A stretch of DNA of 64,000 nucleotides from Mobula hypostoma (Eukaryota). Location: positions 15,004,001-15,068,000 of the forward strand of contig NC_086108.1 of assembly GCF_963921235.1 (NCBI RefSeq), given 5' to 3'. Both the position numbers and the translations under genes were made by a program. Below, in pieces: positions 49,531 through 63,051 of the stretch. Positions within the stretch are counted from its first letter, which is position 1. Every line of letters starts with the position of its first letter. The notes under the pieces were generated by a model, which had not been told where the DNA came from, did not search any database, and saw only the letters and a program-made list of their open reading frames with translations.

Positions 49531-51799
49531 GTTATAAGAAGGATATGGTTGTACTGGAGAAAATGAAAAGGGGGTTCACCCAGATCTTGTTGAATTGAAG
49601 AACTTTAGTTATGGAGAGAGATTGGACAGGCTGGACTTGTTTTACCTGCAGTCTGAGGGGAGACTTGTTAAGTGGTGCAGGCCAACAGTGGGTTACAAGC
49701 ACTCAACTTATGGACACTCCTACATGTGAATGACCTCCCATAATATTAAATTTAAAAGTCCAACATGCATATGTTATACAGCAAACTAGTTTTCTCTGCA
49801 AAGTTTTTGTTTCTTCCTTTGATTTTTTTTATATATATGGAATTGTTACTTCTGGTCAGTTGTATGTGCTGCTGGTGCCATTCATTTCTATACTGTGGAG
49901 GTATGGCACAACATTGTGATTTTTGTGTATTTTTTAACTTGCAGATGAAATCAACTTATGGACATCTGTAAAAATGAAATCTTTACATGGGGCAGTCTGT
50001 ATGTTAAAAATATTACAAGTATAGATGATCAGAATCTTTTACCCATGTGTCAAACACAAAAGAGGGCATAAATTTAAAGTAAGAGGAAGGAATTTTAAAG
50101 GGGATTTGAGGTTTTTTTTTACCCAAACTAGTTGATATATAGTCTTGCTGCCTGAGGAAGTGGTGGAATCAGATACAGTCACTGTATTTAAGCGACATCG
50201 AGACAAAGCATAGGAGGGTACAGACATAATTAGGGAAGTTATAATTTATGTAAATAGACAAAAAAGATGAGCATGGGTTAGTAGGCCCATTTATGTGCTG
50301 TACAACTTTGAAACGTGTATAAACTATTTCTTCAGCATTCTGCTCCATGACAAAAGTTGTGATTGATTTGAATTCATTTAATGTGCATATTGTGGCCTAG
50401 TTGAACAGTCTTTCATTGATTCAGTTATAGTTATTCTATAGATTTGTTAAGTATGCCCACAAGAAAATGAATCACAGTTGTATATGGTGGCATATATGTA
50501 CTTTGATTTTAAAAAATGAACTTTGAACATGCTTTTAATGGCAAATGGAGGTACTGTTTGGTATGTTTTTGAATGCAAATTAAGGAAACTTGTATATTTA
50601 GTTTTAGGAATTTGGTAGCTTTCACATCTCTACTCATTCTCCACCCATCCCAGAGAAGAAACCGTGTAAAGTAAAGGGACAGATAAGCTCCTTCCAGATG
50701 GAGCTAGGTAATTCCTGCTGCCTGTCGCTTCTTCCCACCTCTCCCTGTTACTTCGCCCCAACTTTCCCACTCATGCTTTGCTGTCCTGGCCTATTGCACT
50801 ATTCCATTGCAACTCAGGGCAAGCTTAAAGGTCAGAATCTCATCTTCAAAGCAAGTACATGAGGGCCAGAATTGAATGCAACTTTAATGTCTAACCAATA
50901 AGGTATAATCACAAGCATAGTTTCAAACCCTTTATTAGAGTACCCTTAACCCATATCCTGTACTTGCCTGCTTTAATTTCTACTGCTACATAATTGAAAG
51001 ATGAAAAAGGATTTAAACACAATACTTATTTCCCATTATATTTGTTATTGTATTTTCCCACCTGTCCTATACCCGGTTGTTATACAGTGACAAACCTATC
51101 CCCACCAGTACAGTATCTCGGTGCTTCACAGGAACAAATGTCTCCATTGATACGGTACCCCCGTTCTATACAGTGACACAACTATCCCCACAAGTAGTGT
51201 ACCCTGGTCTCTGGTCTTTGTTCCCTTGCCCAATATACAATCCTCTCTCTGAGGCCAATCTGATCCTGAATCATTATAGTGAGTTGTGGCTGTCCTAGAG
51301 ATCTGTAGCTCTACCCTATTGACTTTGTGGTTTTACTAGAAAGTTGATGCACTCTTATGCAAAAGCGCATCAATTTCAAGGTATCCCATACCTCTTTGAT
51401 CTATTGGTAACTCTATTCTGAGTCCTAGATGATTTTAAAATCGCCATAAAATTCCGTGGTCTTGTCCTTAGCAGACCTATTTATTCCTTGGGCCCTTTGT
51501 GTTTGGCTCTTCCCCAGCCTTCTCTTTAAGGAAATTATTGAAAATGGATCATTTTCATCTATGGTGAAATAAATATGTCTGTATGCAAAGTTTTGTGTGT
51601 TTGTATGTATTTATGCATGTATGTGAAGAAAAGGAGGATAACTAGAGTGAGGGTAAGACCAATCAGGGATGAAAGAGCAAATGCTTGGAGTTAGTTGAGG
51701 CTGAAGATGTCCTTAATGAATATGGACTACATAAAACACTGATATACTGGAACATGTCAATGTTAAAAAAGGGGGTGAGCTGGGACTTCCAAAAAACAT

Positions 51800-53885
51800 T
51801 AAAGTTCAAAGTACATAGTATTATCTAAGTGCATATATGTCACCATTTACAACTCTGAGATTAATTTTCTTGCAGGCATACTCAATAAATCCTTATTAGA
51901 ATAATAACCATAATAGAAAGACCACATCAACTTGAGCTTTCAACCAATGTGCAAAAGACCACAAACTGCAAATACAAAAGGAAAAAAGAAATAATAATAA
52001 ATAATAAATATCAAGAACATGGGATGATGAGTCCATAAGTCGTGGGAACATTTCAATGATGGGGCAAGTGAAGTTGAGTGAAATTATCCCCTTTGGTTCA
52101 AGAACCTGATGGTTGAGGTAACTGTTCTTAAACCTGGTGGTGTGGATCCTGAGGCTCCTGTACCACCTTGCTAATGGCAGCAGCAAAATGGATGCTGCTA
52201 TCCTGCAACAATGCTCCGTGTAGATGTGCTCAGTGGTGGGGAAGGCTTTATCCATGGTGCACTGGGCCATATCCTACTTTTTGTAGGATTTTCCATTCAA
52301 GGGCATTGGTGTTTCCATACCAGGCTGGAATGCAACCAGTCAATATACTCTACTCCACGCATCTGTAGAAGTTTGTCAAAGTTTTAGATGTTATGCAAAC
52401 TCCGTAGAGGCGCTGCCGTATACTTTCTTCATAATTGCACTTGCGTGTTGGGCCCAGGACAAATCCTCCAAAATAACAACACCAAGAAACTTTAGCATTG
52501 CTGATCCCCTCCACCTCTGATCCTCCGATAAGGACTGGCTCATGACTTCTGGATTTGTCCTCCCGAAGTCAATAATCAGCTCCTTGGTCTCGCTAACATT
52601 GAGTACGAGGTGTATTTTGCAGCACCACTCAGCCAGATTTTCTCTCTCCTATATGCTGATCTGTAACCACTTTTGATACGTCCCATGACAGTGGTGTCGT
52701 CAGCAAACTTGAATATAGCATTGCAGCTGTGCTTAGCCACACAGTCATAAGTATAAAGTGAGTAGAGCAGGGGGCAAAGCACACAACCTTGTTGTGCACC
52801 TGTGCTGATGGTGACTGTGGGAGAGATGTTGCCAATCCAAACTGACCTGTCTGCAAATGAGGAAATCAAAGTGGTATCGGCCTAGGACGTGGATCTCGTT
52901 GATTAGTTTCAAGGGGATGATAATGTTGGAAGCTGAGCTGTAGTCAGTGACAAGCATCCTCACTTCACTGTCCGGATGTTCCAGAGCTCAGTGAGGAGCA
53001 TATGTAAAGCCACCCGCTGTTGATGTGTTGTGATGATTTTGGTGGATCTAAGTCACTCCTCAGGCAGGAGTTGATATACTTCATCACCATCCTCTCAAAG
53101 CACTTCACAGTGGATGTGAGTTAAACTGAACGATAGCTGTTAAGGCAGGTTACTACTTTCTTCTTAAGCAGTGGTATAATTGAAGCTTCTTCGAACCGGA
53201 TGGGTACATACCTCAGACCTGCCAAAGCAAGAAGTTGAAACTGTCAGTAAACAGTCAGGCCAGTTGCACAGGTCTTCTGTACTCGACCAGGTATAAGGTC
53301 TGGAAGCTCTCATTCGACCTCAGAGAATGGGATCAAAGTTTGAAGTACGATTATTGTCAAAGAAGTATATTTAAGAGGAAACTGGAACAATTTTCTGCAG
53401 CCCACAGAGAGTTGCTGATGTGCACCATCTTGTCACTTCTCAAACATGCCTCGACCTCACTTGTACCCACACGCCTCGACCCACAAGTCAGCCTCACCTT
53501 TGCTTGCCTCTTCATTGCAATTTTTGTTTACCATAAATTTTTACAGAGAAGTTGTTATTAATAAAGTATTTAGTTGTATTTCTTGCTTTGAAACCCACCA
53601 GTAAGTTGTCACTTGTCCTCAGTAGTTCATGAAGGTGCCTCCATGTTCTATCGGTCAAAGGGAATATAAAAGGTATTGAGCCCATCTGGGAGCAAAGCCT
53701 TGTTATTTATGTTGCTTGGTTTTTCTTTGTAGGAGGTGATGGCATTCAAGCTTTGCCAAAGTTGTCGAGCATCCTTCTGTGATTCAGGTTTGGTCTGGAA
53801 TTGTCACTTCATATGGGAGATGGCGTCCCAGGGCTCATACCTGGACCTCTGTACTTTTCTGTATCACTGGTCCTGAACACCACTG
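51800..53885 (-). mobile_element. Rex1/Babar LINE, degenerate, with interruptions
   Basis: STGAQQGCVLCPLLYSLYTYDC...KFADDTTVMG; C-terminal TTRFKNSY. Confidence 0.85.
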
Positions 53886-53894
53886 ATCTAGGCA

Positions 53895-55480
53895 GAACCA
53901 GTGGGTGTGGTGTATATGGATTTTCGCAAGGCTTTTGACAAGGTTGCACATGATAAGCTTATTCAGAATATCAAGAAGCATGGCTGCATGGATTCAGAAT
54001 TGGCAGAGAACATCGATAGGTTTCCACAGAAGGCAGAGGATAGTAGTAGAAGGAGCATATTCAGCTTGAGGTCTGTGATCAGAGGAGTTCTACAGGGATC
54101 TGTTCTGGGACCCCCTGCTCTTTGTGGATTTTGTTTTATTATATAAGCTGAGGCTAGTCAGACCACATTTGGAATACGGAGAGCAAGTTGGCCCCGTATC
54201 AAGGAGTGGATGTGCTGATGTTGGATGGGGTCCGGAGGAGGTTCACGACAGTGATCCTGAGAATGAAAGGGTTATTGTATGAGGAGCATTTGATGGCTCT
54301 GGGCCTGTATGCTCTGGAGTTCAGAAGAATGAGGGGGATCTCACTGAAACCTGTTGAGTATTGAGGGACAAAAATGGAGTGGACTTGGAGAGGGTGCTTC
54401 CTATAGTGAGGGAGACTCTGACCAGAGGACACAGCCTGAGATTACAGGGTGTCACTTTAGAACAGAGATGGGGAGGAATTTCTTCAGCCGGGGGCTGGTG
54501 AATCTATGGAATTCATTGTGGAGGCCATGTCATCGGGCATATTTAAGGCGGAAATTGATAGATTCTTGATTGGTAAGCATGTCGAGTGTTACAGGGAGAG
54601 GAGAATGGGGTTGAGAGAGATATTGGATCAGCCATGATGGAATGGTGGAGCAGACTTGATGGGTCGAGGGGCGTAATTCCACTCCTATGTCGTATGGTTC
54701 TACGTTTATCAAAGCTTGCAGTGGGGTCTGGACCAACTGGAAAAATGGGCTGAAAAATAGCAGATGGAATTTAATGCAGACAAGTGTGAGATGTTGCACT
54801 TTGGGAGGACAAACTAGAGTAGAATTTACACAGTAAGGCACTGAAGAGTGCAGTAGAACAGAGGGATCAGAGACCACACAGACATAATTCCTTGAAACTG
54901 ACATCACAGATAGATAGGGTTGTAAAGAAAGCTTTCGGCCCATTGGCCTTCACAAATCAAAGTATTGAGTACAGGGCTTGGGATGTTGTGTTGAAGTTTA
55001 TAAGACATTGGTGAGACTAAATTTGGAGTATTGTATGAAGTTCTGTTCACGTACCTACAGAGAAGATAACAAGAATATTGAAAGAGTACAGAGAAAATTT
55101 ACAGGCATGTTTTCAGAACTTGAGGGCCTGAATTATCGTGAAAGATTGAATGGATTAACACTTTATTCCCTGTAGTTCAGGAGAATGAGGAGAGGTTTGG
55201 TAAAGGCACACAACAATATGAGAGTATTAGTGAGAGTAAGAGTTCGGCACGAACTAGAAGGGCCAAGATGGCCTGTTTCCGTGCTGTAATTGTTATATGG
55301 TTATGTTTATAAGTGACTTGGATGAGAAAGTAGAAGGGTTGGGTTATTAAGCTTACAGATGACAGTAGGGTTAGTGGTGTTGTGGATAGCGTAGATGTAG
55401 AGCTAGGCTGAGAAGCAGTGTCTGGTGTTAAATCTGGAAAAGTGAAGTGATCCAGTACACTTTGAAAAGTTGAATAAAAA
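53895..55480 (+). mobile_element. Cluster of CR1 RT and 3'-end fragments
   Basis: YMDFRKAFDKVAH, GVLQGSVLGP and YKTLVRLNLEYC; at least two CR1 tails (about 54700 and 55300). Confidence 0.8.
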
Positions 55481-55489
55481 CTTCAGCCC

Positions 55490-58152
55490 CTGATGAGGAT
55501 GACACTGTGATTTCAGTCTCTGAGGCTGGTGTGAGAGCATCCTTCAGGAGGGTGAACCCACAGAAAGCATCCAGCCCAGATGGGATATTTGGCCAAGTAC
55601 TAAAGACCTGTGCTGATCGACAGGCTATAGTGTTCACCGACATCTTTACCCTTTCACTTCATCAGTCTTAGGTACCCATCTGCTTCAAGCAGGCTTCGTT
55701 ATGCCAGGGTGGAAGAATGAGGTAACCTGCCTCAATGACTGTCATCCAATACCACTTGCATCTACACTGATTGACTGGTTGAAGAGGTTGGTGATGGAAC
55801 ATATGAACTCCTGCCTGAGGGAAAACTTGGATCTATTCCAATTTATGCATCATCACAACAGGTGAACAGCAGATTCCATTTCATTGGCTCTTCACTCGAT
55901 CCTAGAACGTATGGACAGCAAAGATGCATACATCAGGATGCTCTTCATTGACTACAACTCAGCATTCAATACTATCATTCCCCCCCCGCATCCCCTCCAT
56001 AACTAGTCAATAAGCTTCAAGTCTTTGGCCTCAATACCTTCTCGTGCAATTGGATCTTTGACTTCCTCACTTGCAGATCCTAGTCAGTTTGAACTGACAA
56101 CAACATCTGCTCCACATACTCCATCAGCATAGATGCACCACAAGGTTGTGTGCTTAGTCCCCTACTCTACTTGCTTTATGCTTATGGCTGATGCTATGCA
56201 CAGCTCCAATGCCATATCTACGTTTGCCAAAGATATCACTGTCACTGGTCAAATCCAGGGTGGTGACAATTCAGCATATAGAAGGGAGATTAAAATGTGG
56301 CTGAGTAGTGCCACAATAATAACTTCTCACTCAGTGTTAGCATAACCAAGGAGCTGGTTAATGACATCAGGAGTAGAAAACCAGGGGTCCATGAGCCAGT
56401 CCTCATCAGAGGGTCAGAGGTGGAGAGGGTCAGCAACTTTAATTTCTTCAGTGTTATGCGCATGCGCCGGTCGTGCATGCAGCCTGTTACAGCCATTCCA
56501 ATCAGTATTCTTACTTCTTTCTTCTTACTTTTTAACTCACATTATTTTTTGTACTTTTTTTCACGGTAACACGTCGAAGCTGCACCCTCTGGTGCTGGTA
56601 GAGAGAGTTTTATTTGGGTTTTTAGCGCTGGAAACAGTTACATTCTGACACCTCTCATTAGCGGGACAGAAGCATGGTCGCATTGTTTATTCCAGGGACC
56701 AGCTGCTTGCGCTTATGCCGGCCAGTTTAGCGAGCAGAGCAGCGGACACCCCTGCTGAAATCTGGAGGAAAACACACAGAGGATGTAGAGGGGGATCACA
56801 AAGTCGAGGAAAGAGGACCGGGTCGAGACAACAGAGACTTATAGAGAAGAAGAGTTCGGTGGGTAATAAAATGGACAAGTTCATGGCGCTAGCCAGGGTC
56901 GGAGAACATTTCGGGAGTGCAGTGTTATGTGTTTCACTGGAACGGGGCTGCACCAGGACATACCCGATCAAAACTTTTCCATGGACGGCTTCCAGACCAT
57001 TTGGGCTGACCGGAAGTGCACTAAGAGCGGTAAGCGTAAAGGAGTTGGGTGCTTACTGTTCTGATTAACAACAGATGGTACAATCCGGATCATATTACGA
57101 TCGAGAAACGTGTTTGTAGACCGGATATTGAACTTTTTACTGTTGGACTTCGGCCATATTCCACCGAGATACAACACTGGGCGGCACAGGAGGTTGTTCC
57201 TGCCTGTGGCCATCGAACTTGCAGCTCCTCCTGTGGAGGGTCAGACACCCTGAGCCAATAGACTGCTCCTGGACTTATTTTCCATCTGGCATAGTTTGCA
57301 TTTTGTTGTTTGATTGTTCATGGTTTTTGTATTGCTATATTTATGCTCTATTCTTGGTTGGTGAGGCTGTAACGAAACCCAATTTCCCTCGGGATTAATA
57401 AAGTATATCTATCTATTATCATTTTAGAGGATCTGTCCTGGCTCCAACGTTCAAGTACCATTACGAAGAAAGCATCGCAGTGCCTGTACTTTCTTAGAAG
57501 TTTGTGAAGATTTGGCATGTCATCTATAACTTGATTAAACTTCTGTAGATGTATGCTGGAGAATATATTGACTAGTTGCATCATTGCCAAGTACGAAAAT
57601 GCCAATGCCCTTGTATGGAAAAGCCTGCAAGAAGTAGTTGATACGACCCAGTAGGTCACGGGTAAAGCCCTCTCCACCATTGAGAACATCTACACAGAGC
57701 ACTGCCACAAGAAAGCAGTATCCATCATCAGGGTCCCCCACCAACCAGGCCATGCTCTCTTCTCACTGCTCCCATCAGAAAGAAGGAACATGAGCCTCAG
57801 CACTCACCAACAAGTTCAGGAAGTTATTACCACTCAAACATCAGGCTTTTGAACCAGAGAGGATAATTTCATTCCACTTGCCCTTCACTGAATGTTCCCA
57901 CTGAACTGGGCTCATTTTCAAGGACTCTTCATCTCATGTTCATAATATTTATTGCTTGCTTATTTTTTTCCCCCTTTTTGTATTCGCACAATTTCTTCCT
58001 GTTTTTGCACTTTGGTTGTTGTCTGTCCTGTTGGATATGGTCTTTCATTAATTTTATTATCTCTCTTGTATCAACTGTGATAGCCACAAGAATCTCAGGG
58101 TTGTATATGGTGTTATGTATGTATTTTTATAATAAATTTACTTTGAACTTTG
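55490..58152 (+). mobile_element. Old Rex1/Babar LINE RT and 3' UTR, split by a nested insertion
   Basis: ASFRRVNPQKASSPDG, LKTCAD and [16 protein letters not shown]; resumes at about 57417; tail aataaatttactttgaactttga. Confidence 0.85.
56457..57416 (+). mobile_element. Internally deleted Rex1-family element (5' region and endonuclease start joined to the 3' end)
   Basis: RKTHRGCRGG basic motif and a decayed CFTETWL endonuclease motif, then a jump near 57170 to the 3' end shared with 41590-41790; tail aataaagtatatctatcta. Confidence 0.7.
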
Positions 58153-58154
58153 AG

Positions 58155-58582
58155 ATTTGCCAGGATGCTCTTTGGATTAGAAAGCATGTGTTAGGATAGA
58201 TTGAATGAGTTAGGCTTTTCTCTTTTGAGCGAAGGAAAATGAGAGGTGACAGAGTGATCAGAGACTAGACTAGACAACCAAAACTTGTTCCCAGGGTTGA
58301 AATGGCTAAAATGAATGTGCATAATTTTATAGTGATTGGAGAAAAGTATTGTGGGAGATATCAGTGGGGTTTTTTTGCATAAAGAGCAGTGAGTGCATGG
58401 AATGTGCTGTCAGGGTGGTAGAGGCAAATATATTAGGGACATTTAAGAGACTCTTATATAGGTACATGGATGAAGGAAAAATGAAGGGGTATATGGGAGG
58501 GAAGGGTTAGATTGATCTTAGAATAGGTTAAAAGATCGTATGTTGAAGGGTCTGTACTGTGCTGTACAGTTCTATATTCTAT
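58155..58582 (+). mobile_element. CR1 3' end fragment
   Basis: Similar to 47630-48080; ends gttctatattctat. Confidence 0.75.
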
Positions 58583-58703
58583 ATACATGTTGGTACTGCG
58601 TGTGAACACGTGCACATGTTGACACATGCTTGAGCTCAGGCATAAAGTCAGCCTTAAATTACCCAATTGCAACATAATTTGACTAATTTCTGTTTGATTA
58701 CAG

Positions 58704-58795
58704 ATGGTGTAATGCACAATGAGCCCGAGACAACAATGGTGAATTCCTATTTCTGACCACCTGATTCTGGGACTCCCCATTTGTTCACTGCCACA
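58704..58795 (+). other. RC3H1: 5' UTR portion of the RC3H1 first coding exon
   Basis: Branch-point-like gactaat (58681), a pyrimidine-rich tract, and acceptor cag ending at 58703. Confidence 0.7.
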
Positions 58796-59026
58796 ATGCC
58801 TGTGCAGGCTCCACAATGGACAGACTTCCTCTCCTGCCCAATCTGCTTCCAAACCTTCGATGAGAACATACGCAAGCCCATCAGCCTAGGCTGTGGACAC
58901 ACAGTCTGTAAAATGTGTCTCAACAAACTGCATCGCAAGGCTTGCCCTTTTGATCAAACCACTATCAACACAGACATAGACATGTTACCTGTGAACTCTG
59001 CTTTGTTACAGCTGGTAGGAGCCCAG
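58796..59026 (+). CDS. RC3H1: Roquin-1, first coding exon (77 codons, RING finger); the gene continues beyond the window
   Basis: [77 protein letters not shown]. Kozak context gccacaATG; phase-0 donor CAG|GTAAGA. The residues APQWTD, GCGH, CKMC and VNSA match roquin-1 rather than roquin-2 as I recall them. Confidence 0.95.
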
Positions 59027-59248
59027 GTAAGAATCACTGTCTATAAATTAACAAATAAGGCTATTTAATGTGATTGGATGCATTCTGTAAGGTTTTATCA
59101 GATTGTAGTATCCTCCCCCACCATGTGGCACCACCACCTTCTGCTTGTTTACGCCATTGGATGCACAGAGATTAACAATTTTTCCCCATTACCGGAGCTT
59201 TTCTAATATGTGTTAAATCAGAATTGAAAATGTACACTCTTATCCTGA

Positions 59249-59391
59249 CAACACACATAAAAGTTGCTGGTGAACGCAGCAGGCCAGGCAGCATCTCTAG
59301 GAAGAGGTGCAGTCGACATTTCAGGCCGAGACCCTTCGTCAGGACTAACCCTCAGCTTGAATTTCCAGCATCTGCAGAATTCCTGTTGTTT
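59249..59391. mobile_element. 143-bp PLE-terminus insertion: inverted arm joined to a sense tail
   Basis: 59249-59349 is the reverse-complement terminus and 59355-59391 the sense tail. TSD actcttatcctga at 59236-59248 and 59392-59404. Confidence 0.9.
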
Positions 59392-62098
59392 ACTCTTATC
59401 CTGAGTTTGGTTGCAGTGGTGTTAGTGTTTCATACCTGGAGACTTCAGGTTGAAGCCTACTTACAAGCTGCCAGCAATGGTGTTCTCTTTATCAGTCAGA
59501 ACTCACTCACTTTGTTCCTTTCTTCAATCATCCAAACTGAACCAGACCATTTTCCTCTCCTGCAGAGCATTCAAACTGTACACCTTCTAGCAAAGCATCT
59601 TATTCAGACATTTTTTTCCCCTCTACAACATCTGTTAACGTTCTGCAACACTCCTTGCAACATATTTGTTCTCAAATCTCAGTGTATAACACATTATTCA
59701 GTCCCCATGACTTCCAGACTAATGTGGTGTTCAGCCTTGAACCCTGCGTGGTTTTGTTGAGTTACTGTAACATCCATATTTGTCAATCATTGTAAAACAT
59801 TAGCATTTGTGCAAGGTATTATGCAGTACATACAGTAGCTGGAACAGTGTTCAATGCATGGATGTGTCAACGGGCTGAGTTGGTTCTGAGTTAGAAGATG
59901 TTGGGTTTAAGATCGAGCTTTGAACACAGAATGAAGACTGAACCTGAGTGTTACATCATGGTGCAATATATGGAAAATAGGCATAAGCAACACGATAGCA
60001 CTGTTCCTCTTTAAATTACTATATCTCACCAGTATTGTCCCTTAAGCATTTCTAAAATGTTTTCAGGTTGATGCTGTTTGCTGTGTACAAATGGGCAACT
60101 TGTTTCCTGAATATCTGTCACTATAGTAGTTCAAGAAACAGCCAACTCAGAACTTCTGAAGTGTTGGCTTGTTTGGAGGTTATAAAAGGTGTTATGTGAA
60201 CTCCTTTTTTTAAAATTTCATCTGCATCTCCCTGTTGAAATGGTTTTCCTCGTGTAGCATACACTCTATAATTATTCATAAAGCACCCTATAATTATTCA
60301 GTCCATTCTTCTCTTATGATGAATAGCACCTTTCTGTATGGATTGCCCAAGTATACTGTGCAGAAATCTGCAAAGCGTTGCGTCTTTCTTGACTATAGGA
60401 GTTCGTATCAGGTTTATGACTCAGTGGCGGATGGTGTGTGTAATGCAAGGCTGAAGTGGAATAGCAGAGCTCAAAATACAGTGGTGAGGGATGGAAATAA
60501 ATCAGAAAGTGAGATGCTTGTACAGTTCTGCTGCACATAGTGTAGGAGGGCTGTGTGTGACATCTGAATGCCTATAGGAGTTGTTATTTTCAAAACTGCA
60601 GTGCTGAATCATTGGAGGGTTGGGCCCCTGTTTACAACTCTCCCTAGAATAGCACTTCATGTAATCTGTCCAATGACCACTGACTCACTCTGGGATTTCT
60701 TCATACCTATGTCTTTGTTGAAAAAGCATAAGCCTGTATACTTCCCAGGTAATTTTATAGCTGACCAAAGGAAGCTTTGCAAATTACCATTCACCTCTTA
60801 CCACTTAAAAGAACAGTAAGAGATGCCTCTACTCCATATGCCTCTGTTCATTCACTTAAATTATTATTAATATGTTGTATTAAATCATTATTAATTTCAT
60901 TGACCCTGTAGTTCCAGCTCTGTTAGTACACTAAACATATAAGGGGCACACCTCAAATGTTAATGTCATTTACTCATTATCCACATACCATTATTGCCAC
61001 ACTTTCAACAAAGGCAAATGATTTCTTTAAAAAAACTCTACTGTAATCACCTTAAACACCTCAGGAAAATCACCCCACAAGTTACCCAGACCGTTAGTGC
61101 TGAACGCCACTGATCCCTGAGTGTGCAGCACCAACCGCATCCCCTCTCCAACTCACCACCTCTTTGCAGGTGGAGTTTTCATTCACTGCTAAGTGGGTCT
61201 TACTCCCACTTATTAATGCTGTTCTCCAGCTGACACTGTCCCCTGACCAGATACAAGATGATACACTGATTGCATTTGTTCCTTTGAAGAAGCTGTGAAA
61301 GGTTTGGCATTGTTGCTGCTGTCTTTATGGATGGAATACATCCTTCATGTTAACAGAAAAGATTAGGGGTGATGAGCTGTGAAGGTAAGTGATTACGTGG
61401 AGAACAAGAAGGATGTAGTATGAAGCTCAGGTGCTACGAACTGTTTACCTTCGAGAGGGTGCTGATTTCCCCGTGCACTTGTAGGGACGAGGAAGTTCAA
61501 GTACTTTTGTAGAAGCAGTGAGATTCAAAATAATAAGAGATTTGATAAAGTGGGCGAGGAATTTTTTTCACTGGAAGATTAGGCAATAATCAGAAGGCAC
61601 AGATTCAAGCTAATTGCCAAAAGTTAAACCAATGAAGCATTGAAAATTACTTTACCAAAGCAAATTGTAATAAATTGAAGTATGTTGCCTGGGAAAAAAG
61701 AGGTGTAAATTACTTCCTTAGTAACTTTAAAGTGGTAAAACACTGTAAAAAGTGGTATTTGAAGTGGAATAGTGAGACTAATTGGGAAACCTTTGAAAGC
61801 TTGGCTCCAGCAAGTGACTGCGCCTCCTCTGCGATCTGACTCTGGGCTTTTGCAGTTCCAATTTTGGTTTGGTTCTGGTAGTGTGAGGATGATTTCATAG
61901 TTCCCACAGGTGGCCAGTCCATGTTTGTGCCATAAATGGTGAATGTCAGGGTGGATTAACACCAGACCCAATCGTGTTCCCAGCTGGGTCTACACACTCC
62001 CACTTCTGAAGAGTGTCACCAACCACTAGTAAAGGGTGAAAATCCTTACCATTTTTTAATTATTTGTAAAAAAAACCGTAATAATCCCCTCTAGATGA

Positions 62099-63051
62099 AG
62101 TAACGGGTGCCACCTCCAATGGGATCCCACCACTAAGCACATCTTTCCCTCCCCCCTCTCTCTGCATTCCGCAGGGATCGCTCCCTACGCAACTCCCTTG
62201 TCCATTCGTCCCCCCCATCCCTCCCCACTGATCTCCCTCCTGGCACTTATCTGTGGAAGCAGAACAAGTGCTACACATGCCCTTACACTTCCTCCCTTAC
62301 CACCATTCAGGGCCCCAAACAGTCCTTCCAGGTGAGGCAACACTTCACCTGTGAGTCGACTGGGGTGATATACTGCGTCCGGTGCTCCCGATGTGGCCTT
62401 TTATATATTGGCGAGACCCGACGCAGACTGAGAGACCGCTTTGCTGAACGTCTACGCTCTGTCCGCCAGAGAAAGCAGGATCTCCCAGCGGCCACACATT
62501 TTAATTCCACATCCCATTCCCATTCTGACATGTCTATCCACGGCCTCCTCTACTGTAAAGATGAAGCCACACTCAGGTTGGAGGAACAACACCTTATATT
62601 CCGTCTGGGTAGCCTCCAACCTGATGGCATGAACATCGACTTCTCTAACTTCCGCTAAGGCCCCACCTCCCCCTCGTACCCCATCTGTTTCTTATTTTTA
62701 TGCACACATTCTTTCTCTCGCTCTCCTTTTTCTCCCTCTGTCCCTCTGAATATACCTCTTGCCCATCCTCTGGGTCACTCCCCCCCCCTTGTCTTTCTTC
62801 CCGGACCTCCTGTCCCATGATCCTCTCGTATCCCCTTTTGCCTATCACCTGTCCAGCTCTTGGCTCTATCCCTCCCCCTCCTGTCTTCTCCTGTCATTTT
62901 GGATCTCCCCCTCCCCCTCCAACTTTCAAATCCCTTACTCACTCTTCCTTCAGTTAGTCCTGACGAAGGGTCTCGGCCTGAAACGTCGACTGCACCTCTT
63001 CTTACAGATGCTGCCTGGCCTGCTGCGTTCACCAGCAACTTTGATGTGTGT
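62099..63051 (+). mobile_element. 5'-truncated Penelope-like element (Neptune type): Cys-rich linker, GIY-YIG endonuclease and terminal repeat
   Basis: Open frame about 62137-62658: AFRRDRSLRNSLVHS, KCYTC, GVIYCVRCSRCGLLYIGETRRRLRDRFAE...GSLQPDGMN. TSD ccctctagatga at 62087-62098 and 63052-63063. Confidence 0.93.
62956..62991 (+). ncRNA. Minimal hammerhead ribozyme motif (core intact)
   Basis: AGTC-CTGACGA-AGGGTCTCGGCCT-GAAA-CGTC-GACT. Confidence 0.72.

Noticed and set aside
58796..59026. RC3H2 (roquin-2) assignment
   Set aside because: The diagnostic residues fit roquin-1 as recalled (roquin-2 has AAQWTE, GCSH, CKTC and VNFA). A reciprocal BLAST would confirm.
59027..59068. C-terminal part of the 95-aa ORF ([13 protein letters not shown])
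   Set aside because: Read-through into the intron past the GTAAGA donor.
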